Shown here piece by piece: positions 50,813 through 60,698 of a stretch of DNA of 64,000 nucleotides (the first letter of the stretch is position 1; each line of letters opens with the position of its first letter). A model generated the notes under the pieces. That model searched no databases. It saw nothing but the letters and a program-made list of their open reading frames with translations, and had not been told where the DNA came from. This stretch comes from Candidatus Latescibacterota bacterium. GTDB lineage: Bacteria; Latescibacterota; UBA2968. Both the position numbers and the translations under genes were made by a program. Where the stretch lies: NCBI GenBank assembly GCA_965207885.1, contig OZ242311.1:4448001-4512000 (forward strand). Direction: 5' to 3'.

Positions 50813-51409
50813 TTATTGCGAAATCCGCCGCATAATAGAACTCAGGCGGTCGTAGTCGTCGCGGATCAGGCGACACAGGTCTTTGCCAATGCCTACCAAA
50901 TAGGGCATATCTAAAGCACGAGCTGCCCACGCATTTCGCACCGAGGCGATGATGAGATCGTCGGCGGGCAGGCGGTTGCCACATAAAATGCTGCGGAGAA
51001 AATCCCCGCTATTGGTCAGGGCTTTGATTTCGGATTCGGTACAGGGAAAAACAAAGCTGTGAATCCCGGGCGGTTGCGGTGGCAAGACCTGTTGCGGGCC
51101 CTGGTCGTCGCCATAGCCAATAATAACGGCTTCAAATTCAGTCTTGAGAAGTTCAAAAATTTGCGGTTGCTCTTCGCGCAATTCTTGTTCGGTAAGACCA
51201 TACGCCGTGGCGCGTCGGTTGGGTTCAATAGAGTGCGTACACACATTGAAAACCAGACCATATACAGGCAATGCACCAATAGTCTTAACAAAGGAACCAA
51301 ATGGCGGCGCGCCATTTAACTCCCGACTTTCAGAAGTAAATTGCGAAGTAGAGCTTTCGACAATTTCACCAATATATTCAGTGCTGATATCGATAGAAGA
51401 AAGAGCCAT
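50813..51409 (-). CDS. Stand-alone HAS-barrel domain protein
   Basis: IGEIVES..PPFGSFV..PP.PP.IHSFV; lies between nurA and herA. Confidence 0.75.
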   Translation of the reverse strand: MALSSIDISTEYIGEIVESSTSQFTSESRELNGAPPFGSFVKTIGALPVYGLVFNVCTHSIEPNRRATAYGLTEQELREEQPQIFELLKTEFEAVIIGYGDDQGPQQVLPPQPPGIHSFVFPCTESEIKALTNSGDFLRSILCGNRLPADDLIIASVRNAWAARALDMPYLVGIGKDLCRLIRDDYDRLSSIMRRISQ

Positions 51410-51423
51410 AAAAAAAACCCTCG

Positions 51424-52644
51424 CTATACTGCTGCAGCCATTTTTTTGAGTTGTTTGAGCGACTGTTCAGTTTTGATATTATTTTTTACAAAAGCATCTT
51501 TCAAGAACTTAAAGAATATGTCACGATCGGCTCCGCGCACAATGGCGCGTTCGTGGGATTCGGATAAGACGACGGGATATCCGCGCCCCTTATCGATCTG
51601 ATCGACAACCGTGGCGTGTACGAGATCGAGCAACTCGCGGTCTTTGGCAACCCATTCAGGGATTTCGACGCGACCAATTTCCCAACCCGTGTGTACGTAA
51701 AAAAAGCAAATGCGGTGGGGACCGTAGTCCTCGAGAATTTTAGACGCGCTGCGATAAACGCCACTGCGCTCGCCGCGTTTGAGTTTGCGGGCATACAGCA
51801 TATCGTCGGTAACGCCGGCAATGGGTTCACAGGGAATGGGCGCAGGCGGTTCAGAATCCCCATCAAGATCGAGAAGATGCTGCGCCTCGGCTGCTTTCCA
51901 CGGGCACTTGTCGCAGTTGGGGGGCTGTTCGGGACAGAGGCCTACGCGCAAGGCATTGAGCACATCGGCACTGCCGGGATCTGAAATGTACCCGGCAATG
52001 GGAACGCGGAGTTCGCGCAGACGCTCCAAACCGACGAGCGTAGCCTGAAGCGTTTCGCGGCGGAAATCGTAGGGTTTACCTTCGAGCATCCATAAAATCA
52101 GCGTTCCATCGGTCAGCCCGACACAGGTTCGGCCCTCTGCGTGCGCCTGGGCAGAGAGGGAGACGACCTTTTCGAGTTCCATGGCATTTCGCCGCACGCC
52201 AACGATTTCGCGGGTGATTGGACTGCGCTTGCCCGCCCATTCCTGATAGAGGTCGTCTTCATCGTAAAAAAGCGTTGGTTCGCTGTTTAACACCGGGCGT
52301 TCTCCCGTGCCGTAATGAATGACGACATAGCCAATATTGATCAGAAAACAATTGGCGACTTCGTGCCGGTCGGGGAATATCTGAGATCCATCGGCGGCAA
52401 TAACGGTAAGTTCTTTGGGGCGGTCGGGTCTTGGACACGCCTCGGTAATCGGCCCGCCGAGTTGGGCAACCAGCCAGGAGGTGCGGCTACGCGCAATTTT
52501 AATACCCAGGGTTTCCCAGGCATCTTCCCAGCGATCCATTTCGGAACACGCCAGATCAATACGGGTAAAAAAGTCGTCTTGCAAAGTACTGGCATCAACC
52601 GCCATCTGGTCAATCTGGCGTTTGAGCAAACCGTAATCGAGCAT
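51424..52644 (-). CDS. nurA: NurA-family nuclease
   Basis: AADGSQ, LTDGTL, GYIS, RVEIP.W, GYP.VL.ESHE.A. Confidence 0.88.
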   Translation of the reverse strand: MLDYGLLKRQIDQMAVDASTLQDDFFTRIDLACSEMDRWEDAWETLGIKIARSRTSWLVAQLGGPITEACPRPDRPKELTVIAADGSQIFPDRHEVANCFLINIGYVVIHYGTGERPVLNSEPTLFYDEDDLYQEWAGKRSPITREIVGVRRNAMELEKVVSLSAQAHAEGRTCVGLTDGTLILWMLEGKPYDFRRETLQATLVGLERLRELRVPIAGYISDPGSADVLNALRVGLCPEQPPNCDKCPWKAAEAQHLLDLDGDSEPPAPIPCEPIAGVTDDMLYARKLKRGERSGVYRSASKILEDYGPHRICFFYVHTGWEIGRVEIPEWVAKDRELLDLVHATVVDQIDKGRGYPVVLSESHERAIVRGADRDIFFKFLKDAFVKNNIKTEQSLKQLKKMAAAV

Positions 52645-52671
52645 AAGAGGCTCCAGTGAGGTGGCTCTTTA

Positions 52672-53235
52672 CTATACGATTGATTCATAAAAGAATTGCC
52701 GACCGCCTCCGGGCACACTACCATCGCGCACGCGACACACAAGGCCCATTTTTTGAAGGGCATTGAGCCGGTTACAGGCTATATTGATATTTTTTTTCAA
52801 CGCGTGGGCAAACTCGGAAGACGTACCTTTTTTTCGAGACAGGACAATGTCAAGGGCTTCTCGAATGGGCGTTTTGAGCACACCGAGCACGTGAATATTG
52901 CCTTCGTCATCTTTGAAAAGTGCGGCCAGATCGCGCAATCTGAGCACGGCCTCGAAGGTCTCGCGCACGGAATCATTGGCGTTTTGGATAAAGGTAAAGC
53001 GATTGCCAAGCTCCCCGCTGCCAATACGCATAAGGAGTTTGCAGAGCAACTCGTCGGCGCATGAGATATCAATAAACGAGACATTGGCAAAGTCGAGGGG
53101 CGTAACCGCATCGTCATCGGCCATTTGCATAAATGCCATAAGCTGATTGAGCAGGGCTTCGCCTCGATCGCGCCCACTCAGAATACCCGTAGGCGTCTCA
53201 AAAACGAAAGGGAGGGTTTGTTCAGGCATCTTCAT
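52672..53235 (-). CDS. STAS-like (DUF4325-like) + winged-helix protein
   Basis: LSGRDRG..LDF.NV.FI..S.ADEL..L; C-terminal HTH and wing. Confidence 0.65.
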   Translation of the reverse strand: MKMPEQTLPFVFETPTGILSGRDRGEALLNQLMAFMQMADDDAVTPLDFANVSFIDISCADELLCKLLMRIGSGELGNRFTFIQNANDSVRETFEAVLRLRDLAALFKDDEGNIHVLGVLKTPIREALDIVLSRKKGTSSEFAHALKKNINIACNRLNALQKMGLVCRVRDGSVPGGGRQFFYESIV

Positions 53236-53379
53236 CGTCCCTTAAAATTCGGTTGAAATTCGATTTGTGGGGATTGGGGGAACGATGGGGAAGAAGGTTT
53301 AATTGAATTCAGTTAAGTTGTTGGGAAATTAGGCGTTCTAAAATAATATGTCAAGTATTTTCTTCACTTGGTGCAGTAC

Positions 53380-53408
53380 TTGCAAATACGACGTGTGTGA
53401 GATATATT
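53380..53408 (+). promoter_or_regulatory. sigma70-type promoter for queE; divergent TTGACA-17-TAATTT (53326-53354, minus) for the nurA operon
   Basis: TTGCAA-17-TATATT. Confidence 0.55.
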
Positions 53409-53508
53409 TCTTTAAGAACACACAAAAACACACTGAGCACCTCATAAAGGTTTGAATGTGAACCCTCCAGCATCCAAAGATCAAATGCCCGTTTGGCGCG
53501 GCGATGGC

Positions 53509-54081
53509 GTGATTTTGCAAGTCAATGAAATTTTCTATTCCATAGAAGGCGAAGGCCTGCGCGTGGGACAACCCACAACATTTGTCAGACTTGCGCGTTG
53601 TAATTTGCGCTGTTTTTTTTGCGATACGGAATTTGATTATTTTGAGGAAATGACCATTACTCAAATTGTCGATGAGGTCAGGCGTCATCCGGCAAAGTGG
53701 GTGTGTTTAACCGGAGGAGAGCCGCTGGGACAAAATATCACGCCGCTGTGCAGGAAACTCGTCAGCGCGGGTTTTAGGTTGCATATCGAGACAAATGGAA
53801 CGATTGATCCAGATCCTGTTTTGTGCAATCTAATCGAACACTGGACCGTATCGCCCAAACGGCAAAAAATTGCCGATGGTCTGACACATATCACCGAACT
53901 CAAATACGTGGTGGGCAAAACGTTTTGCGAAAATACGGTCGATGAAAACCGCGCAAAATATATTTATTTACAGCCCGAATCGAGCAAACCCCAATACATT
54001 CACAAGGCATTGAAAATTTTGTCGCGACATCCCAACTGGCGCTTGTCGTGTCGCATTCACAAAATGTTGCAATTGCCATAG
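53509..54081 (+). CDS. queE: 7-carboxy-7-deazaguanine synthase-like radical SAM enzyme (start uncertain)
   Basis: EIFYSIEGEG..G..TTFVRL..CNLRCFFCDT, TGGEP, IETNG, SPK, YLQP, HK. Confidence 0.85.
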   Translation: MILQVNEIFYSIEGEGLRVGQPTTFVRLARCNLRCFFCDTEFDYFEEMTITQIVDEVRRHPAKWVCLTGGEPLGQNITPLCRKLVSAGFRLHIETNGTIDPDPVLCNLIEHWTVSPKRQKIADGLTHITELKYVVGKTFCENTVDENRAKYIYLQPESSKPQYIHKALKILSRHPNWRLSCRIHKMLQLP

Positions 54082-54093
54082 GGAGACAGATAC

Positions 54094-55095
54094 ATGATCA
54101 AACTGGGTATGATCGGATGCGGCGGCATGGGGGGTGCCCACATGCGGCGGTTTCACACACTGAGCGATCGCGTCACATTAGCCGCTGCTGTCGATGTTGT
54201 TCCAGAACGTGCAGAAGCAGTCGCGCAGCAATTTCCGGGAGCCTGTGTAGCGACAGATTATCGCGAGATTTTAGACTCGGTAGATGCCGTACTGCTCGCC
54301 CTACCCCACCATTTGCACTTTTCCGTGGGACAGGCGTGCCTCAATGCTGGCGTTCATGTCCTGCTCGAAAAACCCATGGCCAATTACGAAGTCGCCTGCA
54401 AAGAACTGATTGAGGCATCTGAAACTTCGGGCAAAGTGCTGATGATTGCGTACTGCATGCGCTTTCATCCAATTGTACAGTATTTGAAAACACTGCTGGA
54501 TGAAGGCGCGTACGGCGATGTATTTCAAGTGTCGATCTGGACCGAACAACTCACCCGGTATCCCCCCGATCACTGGGCTTCGAGCAAAGAGCGATTGGGC
54601 GGAGGGCAGTTGTTTAGCCATGGCTGTCATTATATCGATTTGTTGCTCTGGTTTTTGGGGCGCCCCGTGCAGGGCATGCACATGGGCACAAATTTTGGTA
54701 CGCCGTGGATGGAGCGAGAAGGCACGAGCAATGTGACGATGGAATTTGAAAATGGCCGACTGGGCTATCACTTTGGCACCTGGGGCGCGCGAGGCACCCG
54801 GCTGCGGTACTCAATCCACGCGCATTGCACAGAAGGTTTGCTCGATGCCAATCTCTCAGGTGGCAAGCTCGTACACATCGTACGCGGTCAAGAAAAAATT
54901 TTATCTGAAGCAGAGCCGGGCAAACACACGGAAAACGAGATGGCCCATTTTCTCGATTGCATTGAAACCGGGCAAACACCGCTGACAGATGGCAAAAGCA
55001 GCTTGCAGGGATTGCGCGTGATCTGGCGACTATATGAAGCCGAACAAGCAGGGCATATTGCAGATTTGACGGGATTGGGTTTGGATGAGGCCTAA
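54094..55095 (+). CDS. Gfo/Idh/MocA oxidoreductase
   Basis: IGCGGMG, HVLLEKPM, GGGQLFSHGCHYID. Confidence 0.9.
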   Translation: MIKLGMIGCGGMGGAHMRRFHTLSDRVTLAAAVDVVPERAEAVAQQFPGACVATDYREILDSVDAVLLALPHHLHFSVGQACLNAGVHVLLEKPMANYEVACKELIEASETSGKVLMIAYCMRFHPIVQYLKTLLDEGAYGDVFQVSIWTEQLTRYPPDHWASSKERLGGGQLFSHGCHYIDLLLWFLGRPVQGMHMGTNFGTPWMEREGTSNVTMEFENGRLGYHFGTWGARGTRLRYSIHAHCTEGLLDANLSGGKLVHIVRGQEKILSEAEPGKHTENEMAHFLDCIETGQTPLTDGKSSLQGLRVIWRLYEAEQAGHIADLTGLGLDEA

Positions 55096-55123
55096 TAAGT
55101 TTCGAAAATTCAATGAATTGAGG

Positions 55124-56321
55124 CATGGTACACGACAAAACTTAAATTGTTTTAAACAGTGGCGGATTACTCAGTAAACGAATGCATATGAGGAACTGTT
55201 GGGTTTGTTGGTTTATATTGAGCAGGACATACTGCAAATAGTCCAACCCATATCGGAAGAGACTTTTCTCCATCCGCCCGTGATTTTTGATCGTCAAAGG
55301 ATTTGTTTTTGCTATCCATTCGCCGATGATATGCGCCCAGATGCAGGCAATGGCCAAAAGCGCGATGAGTTTCTCAATGCGGTCTTGATGTATAAGATGG
55401 GTCTCTTCCAGATTAAATCCTCGACTTTTAAGATTGGCAAAAAGGACTTCAATGCCCCATCGTTTTTTATAGGTATCCAATGCGGCTTGACCTTTTTGGT
55501 TGCTGGCAAGAATGAGGTATTGGTCCTTCAATCTTAGTGCAGACAGATATACAGGCAGGTCATAAACGCGGTGGCGTTTGCACAAGTTGACCTGCTGATG
55601 GATATTAAGATTTTCAAACCGTTTTCTTATGGGGATCTCTCTACCGCCTGATGAGACAAGAGCGTTTTCCTTGATGCGAATAACAAAGGGTATATTTTGT
55701 GTGTCTAACCACCTAAACCATTCTCTTCCAATAAATTCTCTGTCTGCGACGACAACGCGGATATGCGATTTGCAGATGCAGTTGAGCATTTCTTGCATCA
55801 AATGGATACGCTCATCACTATTGGAATTGCCCCGTTTTTTTAACAAGTGCCAACAGATAGGAAAGGCGACCCCTTCATAGATAATGCCTGCGGTTAGGAT
55901 GTTGATATTGAATTTTCCCAACTTCCAATTGGTGCGATCTATTGAGACTATAAAATCCGACTTTATAGGTAATAAGTGCAAGATCAATTGTCTCACACAC
56001 GCATAGGGTAAGGCAAAGTGGGCAAAGAAGCGTTGGATACGACGATAATTAGATTTCTGCTTGACGGTTCCATTGAGTGCGTTTGCCAGTTTCATAAAAT
56101 TGACGCTACGCAATTTTATCAGCGACAATATGAACGCAGCGGTAAACGTTATTCGGGCTTTATGCCAGTGAAAATATCCTTGCATAATCGTTTGAAGTTC
56201 AATAGTTTCAGGAGACATAGACCTGTGCCTTGTTAAGATGAGAAAGGTTTGTCTTGGGACATTCAAACCTAACTCTTTTTAGCTTTTTTCACAGGTCTTT
56301 TATTTTTTGTCGTGTACTATG
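55124..56321 (-). mobile_element. IS4-family insertion sequence
   Basis: TIR CAT(G/A)GTACACGACAAAA (16/17 match); 9-bp target duplication GAATTGAGG at 55115-55123 and 56322-56330. Confidence 0.93.
55142..56218 (-). CDS. IS4-family DDE transposase (start could be 56266)
   Basis: IDRTNW, ADREF, Y..RW.IE..F..LKS.GF.LE (YREK motif). Confidence 0.9.
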   Translation of the reverse strand: MSPETIELQTIMQGYFHWHKARITFTAAFILSLIKLRSVNFMKLANALNGTVKQKSNYRRIQRFFAHFALPYACVRQLILHLLPIKSDFIVSIDRTNWKLGKFNINILTAGIIYEGVAFPICWHLLKKRGNSNSDERIHLMQEMLNCICKSHIRVVVADREFIGREWFRWLDTQNIPFVIRIKENALVSSGGREIPIRKRFENLNIHQQVNLCKRHRVYDLPVYLSALRLKDQYLILASNQKGQAALDTYKKRWGIEVLFANLKSRGFNLEETHLIHQDRIEKLIALLAIACIWAHIIGEWIAKTNPLTIKNHGRMEKSLFRYGLDYLQYVLLNINQQTQQFLICIRLLSNPPLFKTI

Positions 56322-56365
56322 GAATTGAGGTTATGATTCTATCTCTGCAATTGGGGAATTTCCGC

Positions 56366-56394
56366 TTGACACTCCGATACTCTTATTATAGATT
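56366..56394 (+). promoter_or_regulatory. sigma70-type promoter of the thrS operon
   Basis: TTGACA-17-TAGATT. Confidence 0.7.
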
Positions 56395-56523
56395 TGTTAA
56401 ACTTTGACAGGTTTCTATCTTTTAATCTCATTGCTGAGGGATGTTTGCGGGCGAAACTGCTCACCGAACGGTTCCACGATTTCACATTTCGCGTGCCGGC
56501 AATTTCCGAGCGCGATTTTTTTT

Positions 56524-58458
56524 ATGGCAGAAAACCACTCCATAACCATTACACTTCCCGACGGTTCGACCAAAGAAATTGATCGCGGTACAACCGTGCT
56601 ACAAGTAGCCGAATCCATTGGCTCCGGTCTTGCCCGCGCCGCTCTGGCCGGGCGGGTTGATGGTCGGGCTGTAGATTTGAGTTACCCGGTTGCTTCAGAT
56701 GCTGCGGTTGAGATCTTAACTTTTTCGGATGACAAAGGCAAAGAGGTTTACTGGCATAGCACAGCGCATGTAATGGCACAAGCTGTACAGGATTTGTTTC
56801 CCACTGCCAAAGTAACCATCGGTCCGCCTATTGAAAACGGATTCTATTACGATTTTGATGTCGATCGGCCCTTTACACCCGATGAACTGGAAAAAATTGA
56901 AGCGCGAATGCTGGAAATTGCCAGAGAAGACCAGCCCTTTTCTCGCGAGGAAATCTCGCGCGATGAGGCTTCTGGGCGCTTTCAGGATTTGGGTGAGTCC
57001 TACAAACTCGAGCTTTTAGACGGCATTGCGCCCGATGAGACCGTGAGCATCTACAAGAATACCAGGTGGTTTGATCTGTGTCGGGGGCCACACTTACCGT
57101 CAACAGGGCGCATTAAGGCCATCAAGTTGTTAAACGCATCCGGGGCTTATTGGCGGGGCGATGAAAACAACAAAATGCTGCAGCGCATCTACGGCATCTC
57201 GTTTCCCGGCAAAAAAGAATTGCAGGCATATCTCGATAAACTCGAAGAAGCCAAACGTCGAGACCACCGCACTTTGGGCGTGCAGTTAGACCTGTATTCA
57301 GTAAATGACAATGTAGGTCCAGGCCTGGTGCTCTGGCACCCTAAGGGAATGCGCATCCGGCACGAGATTGAATCATTCTGGCACAGTGCTCATTTCGACG
57401 GTGGATATGAACTCGTTGGCTCCCCTCATATTGGGCGATCCAGCCTGTGGAACACAAGCGGACATCTGGATTTTTTCCGCGAAAATATGTACTCGCCGAT
57501 GGATGTCGATGGACAGGAATATTTTGCCAAACCCATGAACTGTCCATTTCACAGCATGATTTACAAAAGCCGTCGTCGGAGTTATCGCGAGTTGCCATTG
57601 CGCTGGGCAGAAATGGGAACGGTTTACCGGTATGAACCGGCGGGAGTACTGCACGGGCTTTTGCGAGCGCGCGGATTTACACAGGATGACGCGCATATCT
57701 TTTGCCGCCCAGACCAGGTCGAAAGTGAAATTAAACAGACCATAGATTTTACGCTGTTTATTCTGCGGTCATTTGGTCTTGAAGATTTTAAGATCGATAT
57801 TTCCACACGACCCGAAAAAGCCGTAGGCGATCCCCGCGACTGGGATATGGCGACAAATGCCTTGAAAGCTGCGATAGATGCACAGGGTTTAAAATATGGC
57901 ATTGACGAAGGTGGCGGCGCATTTTACGGACCCAAAATTGACGTGCAAATTAGAGATGCGCTGGGGCGTGAATGGCAGTGTTCGACAATTCAGTTTGACT
58001 TCAACCTGCCCGAGCGATTCGATCTGACTTTTGCCGGGCAAGATGGCAAGATGCACCGCCCCTATATGGTACATCGCGCGCTTTTGGGGTCAATGGAACG
58101 GTTCTTTGGCACACTCATTGAGCATTATGCCGGTAATTTCCCCGTGTGGTTGGCGCCTGTGCAGGCCGTTATTCTACCTGTATCGGATCGTTTTATCGAC
58201 TATGCACAGCAAGTTGCCAAACTGCTTCGAGATACTCAGGTGCGCGTTGAAATGGATGATCAGGATGCCAAACTGGGCTACAAAATTCGAGAGGCAGAAG
58301 TTCAAAAAGTGCCCTATATGCTTATTGTTGGCGCGCGGGAAGTTGAGAATGGCACAGTGTCGGTTCGCCGTCATGGACAGGGGGATTTGGGTGCGCTGAG
58401 CCTGAAAAATTTAATCGCGCGTATTCAGACAGAGGTCGAATCCAAACAATTGTCATAA
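56524..58458 (+). CDS. thrS: Threonine--tRNA ligase
   Basis: TGS domain, HSTAH, DLCRGPH, RDHR, KPMNCP, FYGPKID, GSMERF. Confidence 0.98.
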   Translation: MAENHSITITLPDGSTKEIDRGTTVLQVAESIGSGLARAALAGRVDGRAVDLSYPVASDAAVEILTFSDDKGKEVYWHSTAHVMAQAVQDLFPTAKVTIGPPIENGFYYDFDVDRPFTPDELEKIEARMLEIAREDQPFSREEISRDEASGRFQDLGESYKLELLDGIAPDETVSIYKNTRWFDLCRGPHLPSTGRIKAIKLLNASGAYWRGDENNKMLQRIYGISFPGKKELQAYLDKLEEAKRRDHRTLGVQLDLYSVNDNVGPGLVLWHPKGMRIRHEIESFWHSAHFDGGYELVGSPHIGRSSLWNTSGHLDFFRENMYSPMDVDGQEYFAKPMNCPFHSMIYKSRRRSYRELPLRWAEMGTVYRYEPAGVLHGLLRARGFTQDDAHIFCRPDQVESEIKQTIDFTLFILRSFGLEDFKIDISTRPEKAVGDPRDWDMATNALKAAIDAQGLKYGIDEGGGAFYGPKIDVQIRDALGREWQCSTIQFDFNLPERFDLTFAGQDGKMHRPYMVHRALLGSMERFFGTLIEHYAGNFPVWLAPVQAVILPVSDRFIDYAQQVAKLLRDTQVRVEMDDQDAKLGYKIREAEVQKVPYMLIVGAREVENGTVSVRRHGQGDLGALSLKNLIARIQTEVESKQLS

Positions 58459-58513
58459 TTCACAACGCGTTTGTGAGTTGAGTTCTCTATATCCAAATCT
58501 GGAGGTGGTCGCA

Positions 58514-59053
58514 ATCAATAGAGGTTCAAGAAGTCGAGATACCAGACGAGAAATCGGGCCGCGCGTGAATCGGCAGATTCGCATTCCACAGGTTCGCTTA
58601 ATCGGTGAATCAGGTGCTCAAGTGGGCATTGTAGAAACGAGCAAAGCCCTGACAATGGCTCAGGGGGCCGGGCTTGATCTGGTCGAAGTTGCGCCAAATG
58701 CACGCCCACCTGTTTGCCGGATTATGGACTACGGTAAATACAGGTATGAGCGGGGAAAAAAAGCCAGAAAAAATCGCCAAAGTGCCTCGCAATTAAAAGA
58801 AATTCGGATGCGTGTTCGAATCAGCGATCACGATTATCAATTTAAGATCAGGCATGCTGAGAAATTTTTGACCCAGCGCCATAAAGTGAGGCTTGTCATT
58901 GAGTTTTTTGGACGGGAAAATGCACATCGCGATATGGGCCGCGACTTATTGCAGCGCATTGAAGACGATTTGCAACATGTTGGACAGATCGAAACGCATC
59001 CCCGCGACGAAGGGCGAAAGCTCGTGATGATTGTCGCGCCAAAATCTCAGTAG
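58514..59053 (+). CDS. infC: Translation initiation factor IF-3 (ATC start)
   Basis: N..IR..VRLI, LDLVEVAP..PPVCRIMDYGKY; GGAGGT RBS 7 nt before an in-frame ATC. Confidence 0.95.
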   Translation: MNRGSRSRDTRREIGPRVNRQIRIPQVRLIGESGAQVGIVETSKALTMAQGAGLDLVEVAPNARPPVCRIMDYGKYRYERGKKARKNRQSASQLKEIRMRVRISDHDYQFKIRHAEKFLTQRHKVRLVIEFFGRENAHRDMGRDLLQRIEDDLQHVGQIETHPRDEGRKLVMIVAPKSQ

Positions 59054-59100
59054 TAGTCCGCTTCAACTGATCTGTGACGTTGTTAGCAAAGGAGTTTGTC

Positions 59101-59295
59101 GTGCCCAAAATGAAAACCCATAGCGGTGCCAAAAAGCGTTTCAAAAAGCGCAGTTCTGGCAAAATCAGCCGTCGCCAGGCCACTGCAGCGCACAACCTGA
59201 CCAAAAAGACGAGCAAGCGCAAAAGAGGCCTCCGTCAAACTGTGCATGTTCACGACACTGACCAAAGCCGCGTCAATCGCCTGCTGGCGTCTTGA
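59101..59295 (+). CDS. rpmI: 50S ribosomal protein L35
   Basis: [15 protein letters not shown]; AAAGGAG RBS, GTG start. Confidence 0.97.
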   Translation: MPKMKTHSGAKKRFKKRSSGKISRRQATAAHNLTKKTSKRKRGLRQTVHVHDTDQSRVNRLLAS

Positions 59296-59330
59296 CAGGG
59301 GTTGGTGATCACTGTTCATTGGAGATTAAA

Positions 59331-59684
59331 ATGCCGAGAGTAACCAATAGTCCTGCGTCTCGACGCAGGAGGAAAAAAATTTTAAAACAAGCCAGAGGCT
59401 ATCGAGGAGGGCGCAGCAAACTGCTTCGCACAGCCAGCAATGCTGTGGATCGCGCCTTGCAATACGCCTATCGCGACCGAAGGCAAAAGAAAAGAAACTT
59501 CAGAGCATTGTGGATTACCCGAATCAACGCAGCTGCCAGGCAACACGGATTGACTTACAGCCGATTTATGGCGGGTTTAAAGCGAGATGGCATTGATATC
59601 AACCGCAAAGTATTGGCCAATCTGGCCGTAACCGACGCCAATGCATTTGCCGCCCTGGCCGAAAGGGTTAAGCAAAACGACTGA
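59331..59684 (+). CDS. rplT: 50S ribosomal protein L20
   Basis: [28 protein letters not shown]. Confidence 0.98.
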   Translation: MPRVTNSPASRRRRKKILKQARGYRGGRSKLLRTASNAVDRALQYAYRDRRQKKRNFRALWITRINAAARQHGLTYSRFMAGLKRDGIDINRKVLANLAVTDANAFAALAERVKQND

Positions 59685-59700
59685 GTATCTCATTGATCCC

Positions 59701-59738
59701 AAAAAGCGAAATCCGGCACCGTGTGGATTTCGCTTTTT
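59701..59738 (+). terminator. Rho-independent (bidirectional) terminator
   Basis: AAAAAGCGAAATCC-N10-GGATTTCGCTTTTT. Confidence 0.85.
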
Positions 59739-59840
59739 GCATGAGGGCCAAATCCTCGTGGGGCGAGCTTGACTTTCGGATAAGATGGTGTTAAATTTCT
59801 TCTATATTCAATAGCCTTTGATTTCTTTCAAGGAGCAGAT

Positions 59841-60281
59841 ATGGATATTAACCCCTGGATAGTTAGAAATGTGAAAGAAGAAGCGGAGGAAGAAGTGGAG
59901 GACAATGCCGAGGCTACCGAAGAGACTGAAGACGCCGAAGAAGTGGAGGAAGAAGTGGATGAGGAAGTAGATCTGATGGATATTAACGCGGGAGCAGTGG
60001 CGGAGGGAGTGGATCGGCTCGTTGAAGCAATCAACAACGCCGTTGCAACAATTGAAGATTTGCGTCGTGAAAATGCCGAATTGAAGCAACAGAGTCAGGC
60101 ATTGCAGTCAGATATATCGCGCCTCGAAGAAGAACGGGTGGCTCTGTGTAACGAACGAGATCGGTTGCAAGACATTTACAACGACAATATGCTTCTAATA
60201 GACAATAAGGCGGAAATCCTGGATAAGGTCGAGGCGATGTTGCAGCGCCTCAATTCCTTAAACCCCGAGAAAAATGAGTGA
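59841..60281 (+). CDS. ZapB-like coiled-coil protein with acidic N-terminal extension
   Basis: L.E.I..AV.TI..LR.EN..L coiled coil; directly upstream of zapA. Confidence 0.7.
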   Translation: MDINPWIVRNVKEEAEEEVEDNAEATEETEDAEEVEEEVDEEVDLMDINAGAVAEGVDRLVEAINNAVATIEDLRRENAELKQQSQALQSDISRLEEERVALCNERDRLQDIYNDNMLLIDNKAEILDKVEAMLQRLNSLNPEKNE

Positions 60282-60574
60282 TGTCTGGTTTGTCCGACGT
60301 GCGCGTTCAGGTATTTGGCTCAGAATATCGCATTGCCAGCGATACTGATCCCGAACATATCCGCGAGGTGGCGAGTTATATCGATCAGAAAATGCGAGAA
60401 ATAGCCAGTGCTCTTGCACTGCGCAACAGATCGACAGTAGCTATATTAACGGCTGTGAATTTGGCTGATGAGCTTTTTAAGATCGAGGAAGAAAGTCGCC
60501 TGATGAATCGGATTTCACGTGAGAAAGCCGATCAACTCGCAGACTCGGTAACCTTTAGCTCACGAACGAAGTGA
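60281..60574 (+). CDS. zapA: Cell division protein ZapA
   Basis: V.VFG.EY.I..VA.YID.KM..AILTAVNLADEL. Confidence 0.9.
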   Translation: MSGLSDVRVQVFGSEYRIASDTDPEHIREVASYIDQKMREIASALALRNRSTVAILTAVNLADELFKIEEESRLMNRISREKADQLADSVTFSSRTK

Positions 60575-60698
60575 GTAAATCGCACAATGCGAGTATGAGA
60601 CAAGCTATCTCACGGGAGTGTGAACCCCGTCGCGTTTGTCCTTAAAAGTGAGCACAAGCGCGGTGGGGATTTCTTTTAATACCACATTGGAGAAAGTC

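Noticed and set aside
53409-53508. preQ1 riboswitch upstream of queE
   Set aside because: No convincing P1 stem with the A-rich 3' tail
49102-54081. queE plus nurA/herA as a 7-deazaguanine DNA-modification defence island
   Set aside because: No dpdA/tgt, queC, queD or folE in the window; the genes are divergent and each has a housekeeping explanation
56395-56523. T-box or tRNA-mimic operator in the thrS leader
   Set aside because: No T-box consensus and no clear anticodon-like stem-loop by eye
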